Assembly (NCBI GenBank): GCA_951406725.2
Contig: OX597819.1
Location: 133,424,001-133,488,000 of the forward strand
Length of the DNA stretch: 64,000 bases
Reading direction: 5' to 3'
Origin: Octopus vulgaris
Taxonomy: Eukaryota
Part shown: piece by piece, positions 12,647 through 27,000 of the stretch
How positions within the stretch are numbered: the first letter of the stretch is position 1
How the letters are laid out: the number at the start of each line of letters is the position of its first letter
The notes under the pieces: generated by a model
The model's input: the letters and a program-made list of their open reading frames with translations, nothing else
Databases searched by the model: none
What the model was told of the DNA's origin: nothing
Translations under genes and position numbers: made by a program

Positions 12647-13588
12647 GCACACACACACAAACACACACACAAACACACACACACATATATATATATGAGA
12701 ATATCGTTATTGAAAAAGTATATTGATAGTCATAAAACAATGAATTTGTTTCTGCGGAGGAAAACACATCAGATATTTCCAACTACCCTTTTGTGCAAAC
12801 TGAAAAGAAAAAAAAAATCACCATTTATTACTTAACTGTAACGTTTGTCCTATTGCTTTGCCTACTAATTCATGTTCATACCGTGGCAAAGTGGTTTTTC
12901 TTCTATATACATAGAAACATTATTAAACGTTCACACAAACAAACAATCAGTTTGTTATTTTTCATAGAGATAATGATAAAATATAGACAAGTAAGCAATA
13001 ACGTGTTATTTAAGAGTTAGTGAGTTTTAGAGATTTTAATAAATTAAAGCCGATCATTATTATTCATCATAATGCACTTTTGATTCCGCCATCAGTTTCT
13101 GTTCGCTCACGCCATTACGAAACACGGAAAGACATTAACATTTCAATCGTTCACTTCATATGAGGAAAAAAATTTCTCATGTTTGATTTACATGTTCGAA
13201 GTAATTAGGAATTGGTTCGTACGATTCATAAAAATGGTGTTGATGTTATCTTTCTAATGGCGAAGTACATTTTCTGTCCAAATTTATGAAGCAGACAGTT
13301 TCAGTCACATGAACTAACGTAAATATATCATTCGGCTGATAAGTCTTTAGCTGCTTGTTTGTTTGAGACGAGGAGAACAACGGCGACAGCAATCATTTCT
13401 ACAACCATCAATCATTAGCAAACATTTACGAATTCAAGAATACCTGAATGTTTCAGGAACATTCGATAAAATTAAAAGAATCATTTGAAGATGCGGTGTC
13501 ATCATCCACTTGCTAAATTATATTTAATATTTATTACAGAGATAAACAGAAGGCTGATTAAATTACTTTATACAGCACCACCCAACAC

Positions 13589-13619
<31 letters not shown>

Positions 13620-13717
13620 TGTATGTATGTATGTATGTATGTATGTATGTATGTATGTATGTATCTATCTATCAATCTATTTATCTATCTATCTATCTCC
13701 CTCCCCCCCTCTCTCTC

Positions 13718-13749
<32 letters not shown>

Positions 13750-13751
<2 letters not shown>

Positions 13752-13895
13752 TGTAAGAGTGGCTGTGTGGTAAGTAGCTTGCTTATTAACCACATGGTTC
13801 CGGGTTCAGCCTCACTGCGTCTTCTACTATAGCCTCGGGTCGATCGAAGCCTTGTGAATGGATTTGGTAGACGGAAACTGAAAGAAGCCCGTCGT
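13750..13895 (+). mobile_element. tRNA-derived SINE (family A)
   Basis: A-box-like GTGGCTGTGTGG, B-box-like GGTTCAGCC; body similar to 51601-51760. Confidence 0.8.
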
Positions 13896-13984
13896 ATATC
13901 TATGTATATATATATATATATATTATATATATATGCACTTATCTATCTATGAATCTATCTCTGTCTCTCGTTCTCCTTCTAACA

Positions 13985-15620
13985 GGGATAGCGTGAATGA
14001 AGCACCTTATTGCACATAACCAACCTGTATGTATGGCACTAATAGAAAGATATCAATCATCTAAGTATGCAGATACGGAAATGCGTATACCAGAGTATGC
14101 TGTATTTCGTACTGATAAAAGTAAAATCGGGGATGGAGGAGTTGTATGTACGTCCGCGAAGATGTCACACTCCTGCTACTGTTGTCACATCCAAACTCAA
14201 TTTAACACTTAAACAATACATATAAAACAAATTGATTTGGTTGTATGCACAACATGTCGTCCACCAAATGACTCAAAACATGATGGAAAATGTTATTGAG
14301 AAATCAGGACGAAAACATCAGCAAACTGCTGCGTGACTTCAACATCTAAAATGTTAAATGGCCTCTCTAGGAAATCACTGCATGACCAAAGGCAAGCAGA
14401 AACAGTATTTGAAGTTTCTAATATGCTGCGCATGGGGCGAGTGATATTCTAGTCTAGCAAATGTAACAACATCTTGGACCTCGGTTTCACACATAACACC
14501 AACCTTATCGATAACATGAAGGTGACGCCAAAAACTCTCTCGAACCACAACATTGTCAAACTAACAATCTATGGTCTTCGGCGAACTGCCTGTTAGAAGT
14601 ACTCGAGCCATATCCAACTTAAATTTCCATAAAGCAAACTGGAAATCAATCTGCAAAGACATCCACAAACAAAACTGGTTCGATAAGGAATAATGGTAAG
14701 CTCATTCATGTCAAGCAATCATATTTACATTGTGAAAGACTCTTGTGCTCAGCCGGCCGCGTAGAAGACTATTCACAGCATTAGTCCCGTCACAGTATAG
14801 TGTCAAGTTAATAACAGAGTTGAAGCTTTCCAAAGCAACTGCACCAAAAGAATGGAACAGTACAGAAGATGAACTACTGGGAGAGACTAAACAAAGTATA
14901 ACTTTATCCCTGTAGTGGAGACGTGAGATATATGTAAGGATTTACGTGTGGAAAATAAATTCTGGAAAGGCTGCACTTCGGCAACAAAAGTCATACCGTC
15001 TACTCGATCTAAAGTGAGGACCACATACTGTAATAGTTTAGGGTTCAAAGGCCCAGAGCTCTTTAATGCTCTGTCAAAAGAAGGAACTCGTAGAATATGG
15101 ATGTACCTGTCTTCCAAAACAGAATGGTACATTCTCCTATCCCCGATACCAGACAAGCCAACATCTCGACAGTCAAGGATGGCAGTACAAAGTCTCTCTC
15201 ATATACAGTAGCGTAACTAAGGGTGAGGCCGTTGGGACACATGCCACGGGTACCAATTGACGTAGGGGGCGCAGAATTGACCATAATACGATAAGCTTGA
15301 ACTCCATTTATAAAAAAAAAAAAACATTTAAAAAATATATTTTGAATTACAGGCTGTACCGAAGCGTCAGGTAAATGAACCCTGGTAAAGTATTTATTTC
15401 TAAAATATTGCTTTAAAACATTAATTATTATAACAAATAAGTACTTTATAATATCTTGGATTTTGTTATTTGGCAGGGGGCGCTATTTTACGGCTTGCCC
15501 CGGGTGTGGTTTACTCTCGCTACGCACTGCGCATAGGCCAAATTAGCCAACGACCAAGGAAAAAGCGCATGCAGGCGTGGCGATATGACATCCTACCACG
15601 CGGAGGAAATAAACCACATA
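13985..15620 (+). mobile_element. degenerate CR1/L2-like LINE remnant (APE endonuclease and C-terminal fragments)
   Basis: IPEYAVFRTD..GDGGV, ILDLGFT and NHNIV-like pieces, then VRTTYCNSLGFKGPELFNAL..IPDKPT; interrupted by a MITE. Confidence 0.6.
15206..15529. mobile_element. non-autonomous hAT-like DNA transposon (MITE)
   Basis: Termini CAGTAGCGTAAC / GCTACGCACTG form imperfect TIRs; subterminal GGGGGCGC repeats; degenerate 8-bp flanks ctcatata/cgcatagg. Confidence 0.5.
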
Positions 15621-16235
15621 TGATGACTGTGGCAAGGTAGATCATTCAAGAGCTTTGGGCTTTTGAACCCTAAGCCATTACAGTATATGATCCTCACTTA
15701 AGAAGGGGTGAACGGTTTCTTTGCTTCTATGCAAGACATACGCATGTCACCCGTATCACACTCGATTTCGAAATTTCACTTTTGTATTTAAGGGAAAATC
15801 TGTGGTTTGGTCATTTTGACTGCTATATTTAGCATGCCAATACCGCTTGTTATTACCCTTAATCATTAATAGATAAATTATTTTCTGCTATGGATTTTTT
15901 ACGCATGCTAAGTCACTGATATAATTATAAAAAATAATATCCCCATATATATATGTGCGTGTGTGTGTGTGTGTGTGCGCGTGTGTGTGTGTTTGTGTGT
16001 GTTTGTGTGTGTGTGTGTGTGTATCCAGAATTATTCAGAAACCATTGGTCTGCTGGTACTCCTAATGGCTAGAAGGGAACAGTAAGCCCCCCCTTACTTA
16101 CATTATGTCTCGAACACAGATCATGTGTCGATAACCAGTTAGAAAAGATGTTTTCCTGGGGTTAAAAAGTAGTGACATAGTTCTTAAACTTTACTATATA
16201 TATACATACATATATACATACATACATATATACAT

Positions 16236-16326
<91 letters not shown>

Positions 16327-16963
16327 TAGATAGATATACATGCATACATACATACATATATATATATGTATACATGCATACATACATATATATATGTATA
16401 TATAGTTAATTTGAGGAAGTTAAGTCTTCATTAGAGATTATATAATCCTAGGTATTCCACTCGTTTAATCCGTATCATATAATGCTAAAGTCACTGGTAC
16501 GCGTTTAGGATTATTGGGATTTTTAATATTGAAAGAAAAGCAAGAAGAAAATGGAGAAGAAATAGATGGAATTACTGACTTCTTTGCATGTTGTCGAAAG
16601 ATGAGGTGTTTTCGAAAAAAAAATTACAAATAAATAAATAAATTGATTTGAAGTTGAAAGCTCAAAAAAGTTAAGAAAGACGTAAGAAAAACATACATAT
16701 ACGTTTCTGTAGAATTATTTAGTCGATGGGAATCTCCAAGCACGATGTTTAATGCCAATGAAGTTGCCACATTCATGCCATATTATGGTAGGACTTCTTC
16801 GGGGTTCAAAAACAACTAACGTAACTTAGGGGATCATTATATCTTTTGAGGGAAGTGTATAGTGTTCCCATGTTAAAGTTAAAAGCTATATTTAGAGATT
16901 TTATTTGATTGATAGGTTTCGAATATTTATGGATATACTATATTCATGTTAAATTATTATTAG

Positions 16964-17580
16964 ATTAGAGCGTCGCCTAAACATCTTTCACCTGCGCTGC
17001 CTCCGAAAAATCCTCCGCATCAAACGGCAGAATCATATCCCCAACAAAGATGTCCTCAGGCAAGCAGGAATACCAAGCATGTTTGCACTCCTCACACAAA
17101 GACGTATGAGATGGCTTGGGCATGTTAGCCGTATGAAAGATGGCAGAATCCCCAAGGACATACTCTACGGAGAGCTTGCTAGGGGTACTAGGTCTGTGGG
17201 TAGACCGATCTTACGTTACAAGGATGTTTGCAAAAGGGACATGAAGGCCTGCAACATCAATATTAGCGGTTGGGAGTCAGTTGCCGGCAACCGTGGAGAA
17301 TGGCGACATACCGTAAAAGAGGGAATACAAAGGAGTGACAGAGAGAGAGAGGAGAAATGGAAAGAAAGGAAGAGACGTAAACAAGAGACTATGGCACTAC
17401 AACCAGCCAGGAACAGTCTTCGCTACATTTGCGGTACCTGCCAGAGGGAGTGTTTGTCCAGGATAGGACTACACAGCCACAGCAGGAAATGTATCAGGAC
17501 ATGAAATATAAAAGCCGGACTAGACTACTTCATGCGCAACTCCATTGTCTCCCGAGACAGAAAGGATGCCAACCAACCAA
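16964..17580 (+). mobile_element. 5'-truncated RTE-clade LINE
   Basis: HLRCLRKIL, RRMRWLGHVSRM..GRIPKDILYGEL, GRP.LRYKD, C-terminal C2H2-like CGTC..SRIGLHSH; (CCAA)n tail. Confidence 0.9.
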
Positions 17581-18362
17581 CTATATTCATATTCAAAATA
17601 TTATAATTAGTAAACAGATAAATAAAGAGAAAAATATATACAAATTATAAATAAGAAGGAAGACGTATGCAAATGTAATGAATATGATTATAATAAATTT
17701 TAAAGTGACAGAACTTTAGGAAATGATATAAAGTGAAATAACAATAAAAAGTAATGCATAATAAATTAAAGAGGAAAGTAAATTCTAGGTCCAGGTGGGG
17801 AATCTGTATGCCACGGAAAGCGGGAAACCGACCCTTATGAGCCAGGTGTGGCTCGAGAAGGAACAAACATAAAAAAGAATGCTTTCAATGCGTGTATATG
17901 TAAGCAAGGTTTCTAATACATGGCATGTCTTTTGTGAAAATGTTCTGCTTATTTGATGTATGTGTATCTCACGTGTTATTGCAATCATAGTTTTGAATTG
18001 ACATAGGATATTTACATTTTAGCGAGTAGTTGCAACACTCACTATCTCGATGCTGGTTGCAACGGAGCCACAGTTGTCAAGAGAGAGCCATTGCTGGCTA
18101 GAGTTTCCAATATTACGTTATCTTTTTGTAACGTAGATATCTATTTCCTTTAGATATGCCATTAGTATGTTGTAAATATTATGTTATTTCATGGTAAACA
18201 TTTATCACTGTCGAAACAGAAAACCATAAACGATGGTTATCAAAGTTCAACGAAGAAAACTATTTCAAGCTATGTCCTGATAACCGGTTCAATAGACTTT
18301 TCATAAAGGTCTGAGTGGACATAATTCCTATAATGATTATACTAATGCTAAACTATACACAA

Positions 18363-18407
<45 letters not shown>

Positions 18408-19434
18408 ATATAAATTAGAGAAAAAAACCCACTATATATATATATATGAATGTTTATTTTTATGTTCACCTTAATCTGATGGGTTATTCCATACTTTTGT
18501 AGAGTACAAATTTAATATTCTTTAACAGGAATATTATTGACAATGACTTCGAAGTTTCGCCCAGCACAAATTTCCTTTAATTACCCTCCCCTCATGGTGT
18601 GATAACACGGGGTAAACTGCGAGCATGACCTTTGACATGTGGGCGTGAACACTATTAATACACGCCCCACTTCTTTGATCTGTATACATTAGTGTTTACT
18701 TAAAGCCTCCCTATTATCGCCTACGGCCATGATGCCCTCCCCCACTCAGCCTCTTATTTGGTGTGAATGGCTGCTTTTGCCACGTCCTCAGTGTTTACAC
18801 ACTTACCCTCCCCTTATCGCCGACGATCATATTGCCCCCTTTTCAGCACCATTTTCCTTAATGACATCATGTCAATGGTTTGCCAATAAAGGGGGGACTA
18901 TGAACATGACCTTTGACCTACGTGCGTGAACACTATTGATTGTCCATTGTAATGAGTCCGTCCAACTAATTCTTTGACTGAATTTCATTGGTGGAACACT
19001 GATCACATGATCATGCCAGTGTCAAATCATAACTATTGATGCGCTTTTGTGCATATCTGATACGTGCTTCGACTCACAGCGTAGACCTGCCATTTCACGT
19101 ACATCATTGCTTTAAATTCATACTTTCTGTTGAAATCCATCGTTGTCCCCATACTCAATTAAGTTATCTCCTTCATACTGTTGCCGCCTGCCAGTTTCTA
19201 GCTTACGTGTCTTTAAAAATATTGTATTCAGTGTCTTTGTGTCCACATAGCTGTCTGTCTCTGCTTCCACCTTTTTTGAATGATACGTTTAGAAGGTTCG
19301 CTTTTTATACATCGTGTCAAATTCGTTCTTCAGTTTTTAAAAACAATTTAAGCATAGTCTAATACTACCGCTAAGAAGAGAACGCACTTTGGTCGTAAAA
19401 GAGAGTCTACTTCGGCTGCCAAAGAAGGACGGTG

Positions 19435-19556
19435 AATCATGTTTCTCTTATGGCCTGTTATATGTCGGATGCTCCAGAGTTGGAAGCAAACAAAATCTAT
19501 TCGTACTTGCCCCTAATGGCAAAACGAAAATCGTGGTCCACAGAAAGTTATTGTAC
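19435..19556 (+). mobile_element. Helitron Rep/Hel (PIF1-like helicase) C-terminal remnant
   Basis: CFSYGLLYVGCSRVGSKQNLFVLAPNGKTKIVVH resembles the CFSHGQLYVACSRV...T.NVVY C-terminus. Confidence 0.7.
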
Positions 19557-21350
19557 GCATCTCGTGCGCCAACTCTTCTCAAATTCGTGAACCTCGGTGC
19601 TTCCACTACATCAGTGCAACCTTACAGACCTGATGCATGGTAGGAGGAGATTGCTACTGTAGTCTGCTTTCAAAGTTACTAACTTTCCTCAACCGTATTT
19701 CCTTTCCTTTGTCCAACCTAGGTTTGTCTTCTGCTTTCAGAGTTTCACATTTCACTGCAACAGTTCCGTTACTTTCGGTGTAAAAGAAAAAAAAATGGCC
19801 CTTTTTAGGACCACTTTACATACGATTGTTGCACCACCTGAGAACGCATTACAACCCTTTTCAAGGTTGCTTCACCCACGATTGTTACGCAATCGGAGAA
19901 CGCATTAAAGTCCTTCTCGGGACTTCCTATCAAACTGTTATCGCTTGACTTCAGCGTTAACCGGTGACCAATTTTGTTTCGGGATCGATACAATAAGTAT
20001 CAGCTGAACAAAGGGGTCGGTGTAGCCGACTTATCCCCCTCCTTCTGAAATACTGCCTCTGTGTCAAAATCTGAAAGTAATATTAAAGAATAAAGAAATC
20101 GTACTAAACTATACCGCACATGATGTGTAGTAAGTCATTAAAATAATGTTTCCAATAAAGAACTGAAATATGAAATATGTAATAGAAATAAGAGCAATAA
20201 TTTATTCAAAACATCGTAGCTCGTAAGTGTTTCCTTTTTAAAATGATTACGATGCAGATATAGATTCCGTTTGAAGTTATTATTAGCGCAGCGTCCATAA
20301 TTATGTTTACATGGAGTTGGAGAATCTGACCAATTTTCTATAAGCATGAGCAAACCATTTTGTTTACAATATATAATAGAGATTCCGTGAACTGCGGTAA
20401 AATTCTCAGAGAAAGAAGGTAATTATAGCATATTTACTAAAAGTTGTGTTACGAAAATATCTGGCTTCTGAAGCGAAGTAGAAAAGATTTGGAAAATAAG
20501 TGGAAAGCACGAACCACATTAATATTTGTTACAACTAGGTTAATAAAACTTTCAGTAAGATCCTTCAATTTGCCATTTTGTTGTTTGTTTATTGTTGTTT
20601 GCTTATTGTGTACATTTATAAATGAGAAATTTATTAACTATATTTTAGGAATTTTGGAGCGTCATTATCAGCACAAGAACAACATTTGCTTTGCGAAATA
20701 TTTGTCAAGTAAATAAAACGAAGAATTATTTGTTCATTCAGGAAACAGACATGCAATTGCTATTATTTTTAATGACCATAATTAGTTATTTTTTAATTTA
20801 AGCATAAAGCCAATAATTTTAAAGGGAACGAGATAATCGATCAGCTCGATTTTGTGTTTGGTATTTTATTTAATCTATTAAGGAGGATTAAAGTATTTTA
20901 TTTAATCAAAAAGACAAAGTAAACATCAGTGGCATTCGAAATCAGAATGTTTAAAAAAAAAACGAAAATGGGGCAGAAACCCCTAGTGTGTTTTCTACGC
21001 TCATACGATGTTACTCGTTCACGGGCATCGAGTTCTAATAAAGAAATGCTAATCAGATCCCTGATAACTAATTAAGCTGATAGAAAGGCATTTGTCTTCT
21101 CGGAAAAATTTCATTTCACATTACAGGAGCTTGTTTGTAGAGATATTTTCATTTCAGACTTTCAGAAAGCAACTCTGATTCCCAGATAAGCAATGTTTGT
21201 AGCATAATGTGATTGATAACCATTTCGTTAAATCGTAATGTCGAGATCTAATCTTCCCACGGATATGGATTACACACGAGTATTGTCTTGCTTGGAAAAC
21301 ATTACTTGCGAATATCGGCCTTATAACGACTGGAATACCAAAGCCTTATG

Positions 21351-22213
21351 CGAGGTACAGTGAGAATGTATCCGACCTTGAATTGTTTGCACAAAATAAT
21401 GCGTGAGCAAAATCCACTTGGGTACTAGGTGGCCGCATCCTTCCTGAACACACGCAAAAGTCTTCGTGTCTGTATGTTGTGCCATTCGCCCTCAGTGACG
21501 CGCGAGAAGGTACAGATGTGAAGAATATGCTGTGCGATTTTTTCCTTTTTGAGTCAAGATGACCGAGAGCATTGAAGAAAAAGATACTGTATCAAAGTCT
21601 GCCGTCGAGAAGATTCAGAAGGCTTTTGGAGATGATACTTTGGGAAAAACACAAATAAAGGAGTGGTCAACCGGTGCAAAGACGGTCGCACCTCAGTGGA
21701 CAGTGAGCCATGAATATGCACCACAAGGTCAGACAATTAACAAAGAATATTACCTGCGGGTTCTTCGTCGTCTTCGTGAAGCTGTGCGGCAAAAACGACC
21801 GGACCTGTGCGCAGCGAAGAACTGGAAATTCCACCATGACAACGCACCCGCTGACTCCGCCCACATCTTCCAAGCATTCCTCGTCAAGCACAGCACATAG
21901 CTTGTTCGTCAGTCTTCCTACTCCCCAGACTTGGCTCCGTGTGACTTTTAGCTATTCTCAAAGCTCAAAAATCACTGAAACGGAGAAGATTTGAGTGAAC
22001 AGAGGACATTAAACAAAACTGGACAGCACAGCTCTACAGAATCACAAAAAGGGATTTCTAGAAATGTTTCCAGCAGTGGTAGGAACGCTTGTAGCAGTGT
22101 GCAGACCCCCAAGGCGAATACTTTGAAGGGGACTAAATCAAAATGGTGAGTTTGTTTTAAATATTAGTTGTTGTTTTTTGGCCAAAGGTAGGATACTTTT
22201 TGACTACACCTCG
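21351..22213 (+). mobile_element. degenerate mariner (Tc1/mariner) transposon, internally deleted
   Basis: TIRs CGAGGTACAGTGAGAATGTATCC / GGATACTTTTTGACTACACCTCG+TA; GQTINKEYY, HHDNAP, PYSPDLAPCDF motifs. Confidence 0.88.
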
Positions 22214-23823
22214 TACAGCTTGGTTTTGTAATTTATTTCTTTGTTGTTTTTTTTTAATGGGATTCTTATCCTGGATGATTTTCCTATTTCTGAGGAAAAT
22301 ATCATTCGTCTTTTGTTTCAAAATCTCTAAAACGTTCCGCAACTACATCCATGGTTAATCACTTGATCGATGATAGCAAAAGCCTTCAACAGAACCACAA
22401 ATCACTGAGCTACTTCTTGTTTGTTTCTCTTTCTCTCTTCCTCTTCCCCTTTATAATTTCATTTCTGGGTTTTGTAACATCTTACATAATAATTACATTA
22501 ACTTTGATTATTGTCCTCTAAACTTTTCGGTGATTAGCAACACTTTGATGAGTCTTGATTACAATAAAGCCGGACATTGGATTGTTCTTTCAACGACATC
22601 TGCTTTTAAGATGAATCTTGGTTCTTCTGCTTCTTTATTTTCGTTTAGTAAAGAAAGCAAACCCTTTCAAATCTTATTGCTTTCCATATATTTTTACACG
22701 GCCTCTTCCATATACTTGGCCATTGCAATTTACAGACAAGTTTGATATCATCCTTGATAGATCTACTAAATGAAACATTTTGACGCTGCTGGTAGTTTAT
22801 TTTTATCATATAGCGATCATTTTGTTTTTTTCATTCACATTTGGTAAATTCTTCAAATGTTAAGGCTGACTTTCCTATCTTAATATTTACCCCCACCACA
22901 GCTAAAGACGAAATAGGGAAGCATCGACTTTTACCAGTGGGCATTTGTCCAAATTTATACAAATAGGAGATTGTTTCCTTGAGATGGAATTACTGTCTTG
23001 TTTGTATCGATCTCTTGCGAAAGACTTTCGCAATGTTAAGGAATATCTGTTGACCATTTCTTTCGGGAGTGACTCACTCTAAGCAATTAGTGACGCAAAC
23101 AGCAGATTCCGAATTACGAAATGTGAAACCTTTCTCTTTGAACTCGAGTGTGATCATTTTTCAAAGGGAGGAACATTTCTTGAGACGTTTCCTTAAATGC
23201 CCTCTGCTGCAATACGAGAACTGCACGCAGTCTATTAGATTAATTGCTTTCGTCGATTCTAAATTTCTTCAATAGAACACCCATTCAAGGTATTTGACCG
23301 TTTTTCAAATTGTTTGCGAAGAGTTGCTTCAATTTCTTTTTTCTTGTATATTTAGTCTTGTTATTCACTCTCTGCTTCTGAAATAAATACTATTAAAAAT
23401 AACTGATTTTCTCTACACTGGATGTTTTTAGTTTTTAATAGAACATGTTGATTTATTTTTCCGCCAAAAGGTTTTTGTTTTTGTATTTTTTAAGCAATTC
23501 AACTGGAAAATAAATTACAAGATCATTCTTGGCAGGTGATAAAATTACTCAGATTTCTCTCTGTTACTCGGCGAGAGAAAACTTTTCCAAAATATGTGTG
23601 CAGGGAATAAAAATATGTAAAATACTATCTTATTGATTGAATATGTTTCGTTTCTCTGAACGGTTTGATATCTTTATCATTTATTTTCACATGCTTCACT
23701 CATTGGACTGCAGCCATTCTGGGGCAGTGTCTTGCGAAGTTTTAGTCGAACACATCAAACCCTATGCTTATTTTTAAGTCTGGTCCAGTTTCCGTCCATC
23801 AAATCAAACTCAAAGACATTGGT

Positions 23824-26537
23824 CGAGGATAGGCGGAAAATTTCATAGTCTGACCAAGATACCCTCATGGAATGTAACCAAATGGAATTCCATGCTTCTT
23901 CTCTCAGTGTTGCAGTGTTTGGATCCCATTGGTGAGAAGCTTTCATCCTGTTACTAAAAGAGTCATCAACAGCAGATATGACGTCATCATGACTGCAGTA
24001 CTGGTCCCTGGCCAAGTGTCTTTTCAGGTTGGAGATAGCCAGATTGGGCCGAATCAGGAGCAGAACGAAGGTAATCAACCAGTTCAAAGACACAGCCACG
24101 TACAGACACTATTGAAACCAAGAATGGATTTGTGTGCTGGAGCATTGTCCTGATGAAGCAGGACTCCTTTCGTCGGTTTCCCTGGGCCTTTTGTCTTGGT
24201 AGCCTTTCGAAATTGTCTCTGCAAGATGACTTAGTACTCTCCATTGATGGTGCGGCCTTTTTGAAGGCATTCAATAAACACGATGCCTTTTGCATCCCAA
24301 ACAATCGAGGCCATCACGTTCCTTGCAGATGAAACGACCTTGCTCTTCTTTGGAACAGGTGAGAAAGGGTATTTCCCCTGCACAGATTGTCTCTTTGTCT
24401 TTGGTCCAACATGATGCAGCCAACACTCATCCTGGCTTAGAAACATTCAAGGAAACCAGTTGGATCTGCCTCAAACAATGTCAGATTCTTCTGTGATGTG
24501 ATCAACCTGGTGCGCTTTTGATTAAGTATTAGATATGCTAATAGCGTTGGCTGTTTCATTTATAGTCAATCGCCAGTTACCCGACAGATTGTGGTGAACA
24601 TGATTAATGTTGGTCATCGGTGGTGGCTGTTGCAGGACGTTCAAACCTTGTATCATCTTCCAGACTCTTCTCTCGGCCCCTAAATTAAGCTGCTCATTTT
24701 GCACTTTTGATAAAGTTGCAACATCAACCTCTAATGTAGCAAGCATAACTTCATGAATATCCTTGGGGGTTAAACACTTACTCCGTCGGTTCCTGATAAC
24801 ATCATATCGGCCATATTCAGGTTACCTTTGAAAGTTCCTTTGAATAGTCAGCTGTCAGTTTACCTGGAGAGAAACAATGCAGCTCTTAATAAGACTGGCT
24901 GAAATTAATGCATGCAAGAATTCCCAGTCTTAGCATCCAAGACCGGATTTAATCCACGGGGGCTCGGGTCACTTCAAGTTCGGTGGGACCCTTGTACACA
25001 AGAATTAAAATCTTAGAAAATTACCAAATTTAAATCACAAAATCCATTTGTTGAGTTAGCAAAGGAAGTTTAAATAAATGACTGAAAATGTCGCTTTATA
25101 GATACAGTTTTTTTCTAGATTCAAATTTCGTTTTTCACACATTCACTTGTGATGTCTGACTTTTCCTTCATTGTGAAAAGTATAATGAAGGAGGGAAAAG
25201 GGGGGGTAAGAACTTTTCTTTTAATATGAGTTACATATGTTTCAGAAATCATTTTTGTGGTTGCTGCTGTTCCAAAGGCATGATGAGTGTGTGTGCGTGC
25301 GTGTGTGTGCGTGTGTGTGTGCATGCGTGTGTGTATGTGTGTGTGTGTGTGTGAGAGAGCGTGAGAGAGAGCGAAAGAGAGAGAGAGGTGGAGTGAAAAA
25401 CCAACATTTCAAAGTCATGAGTTTTAAAAATTTTTCTTTTAAAACGGCTTCTCTTCATTGTTTTACAATGCGTGAAAAAAACAAAAAAAACAAAAAAAAT
25501 TAAAGCGGGGAAACCCCGTCAAAAGGTGGGAAATTCAATCAACTGTTTCCGAGGGTCTGCTTTTCCAGTTTCCAGTAAGAGTAGGTGGGACACAATGAAT
25601 AATAGTTACAGCATTTTTGACCTTTAAGAAACTATATTTTAACAAATGCTCACTACCTTCTCAAATCAATATCAGCGATGTAAAGACCTTCTCTAAATGC
25701 AGTGAAACCTATAACATATTCAGAACACTATTTCAGAACATTATCACTGTTCTCTTTGAGCATATAAAAGACATATTTAGGCGGTGCAAAATAGGTAAGG
25801 CAAGACAAGGTAAATACGCATAAACATCCATCGTTAGACATGAGAAATACAACAAAATTTAAAATATCGTGGTCAAATGAAAGAGGATTGTGGAAAAATC
25901 GCTCATAATATGAAATTAATGAAACTCAAATAAATCTAAAAACTCAACCTAAAATATTGTTGATTCGTTCTTCACTCTAGCTTCTTCGCCAAAAGCTATC
26001 CAAATAATTTATCAGCTTCTTCAATTACAATCGGCTCTATTTGAGGAAAAATTTCTTGAAAATAGTACCTGTCACCTATGTCTCTAACTCTCAACTATTT
26101 AAACTATACTGACCAAATTTTACTCCCAAAGATAATACAATGGTGCAAAAACGAGAGAAAATAACAAGAAATCAGAAATTATTGATTTTGACCTAGTTAC
26201 TAATTTTGCCCCACTTCCATATAGTAATTTCCAAATGTTAAAACAGAATTACGAAAAATATATGAAAAAATAAAAAGGAAAAAAGGTTCGATTTAATGAA
26301 ACATTTAAATATACATGCAATAATTCTAAAACTGAAAAAGAATGCTTTTCGCTGTTGAGAGATGTAATTTTATAATTGAAGCGAAATTCAAAAGTTTTCT
26401 TTACTTCCTTGCTTCATAAAATTAGACCAGTTTTTCAAAGCCTGACTGAAATAAGTTTAGAAGTAGAAATGTGTGCGTCATGCGTTGAAAGAAAATTTGG
26501 CCAAGAGACAATTACTTTTTTCTATCAATCTCTCCAC

Positions 26538-26578
<41 letters not shown>

Positions 26579-26998
26579 CTAACACACACACACACACACA
26601 TACATACATACATACATTTTCAAGAGTTTTCTGCTGTTTCCCTTTTCTCTGTTGTCGGGAAAGTGCTTTGGGACTGGGTATAAACTGTTTTTTTAATTCA
26701 TTTATTTGGTGTCTCTAAAGTGGCAAAATCTATGTGTATGTATCCTAAAACAGAATCCATTACATTTTTTAAGAAGTCAAGTCATCTTTGTATATTGAAA
26801 ATGGGCGTCTTCATGCCTGATTGCTAAGAGTGTGTGTGGGGGGGCTTGCTGTATTGGGTGCTACATACTCTTCCTAGCAGGGCCCCCACCACAATATCTC
26901 GACGCCCGGAGCAATTGCCTCTTCCACACCGCTATAAATCCGGCTCTGCTAGCATTTGTTCTTCAGAGTCAGCCTATGAATATTCCAACACACCATCG
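23824..26998 (-). mobile_element. degenerate mariner transposon interrupted by a hAT-like element
   Basis: WDAKGIVFIECLQKGRTINGEY and HQDNAPAH motifs; left TIR CGAGGATAGGCGGAAAATTTCATAGTCTGAC pairs with GTCAGCCTATGAATATTCCAACACACCATCG+TA at 26968-27000. Confidence 0.8.
24938..26948. mobile_element. hAT-like DNA transposon remnant (~2.0 kb)
   Basis: TIR-like ends CAAGACCGGATTTAA / TAAATCCGGCTCTG; 8-bp TSD-like ttagcatc/ctagcatt; mariner sequence resumes immediately after. Confidence 0.65.
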
Positions 26999-27000
26999 TA

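Noticed and set aside
16695-16950. Further hammerhead-like words on the minus strand (CCGAAGA...GAAACGUA; AUGA...CGAAACCUA)
   Set aside because: No supporting stem I or II pairing could be found
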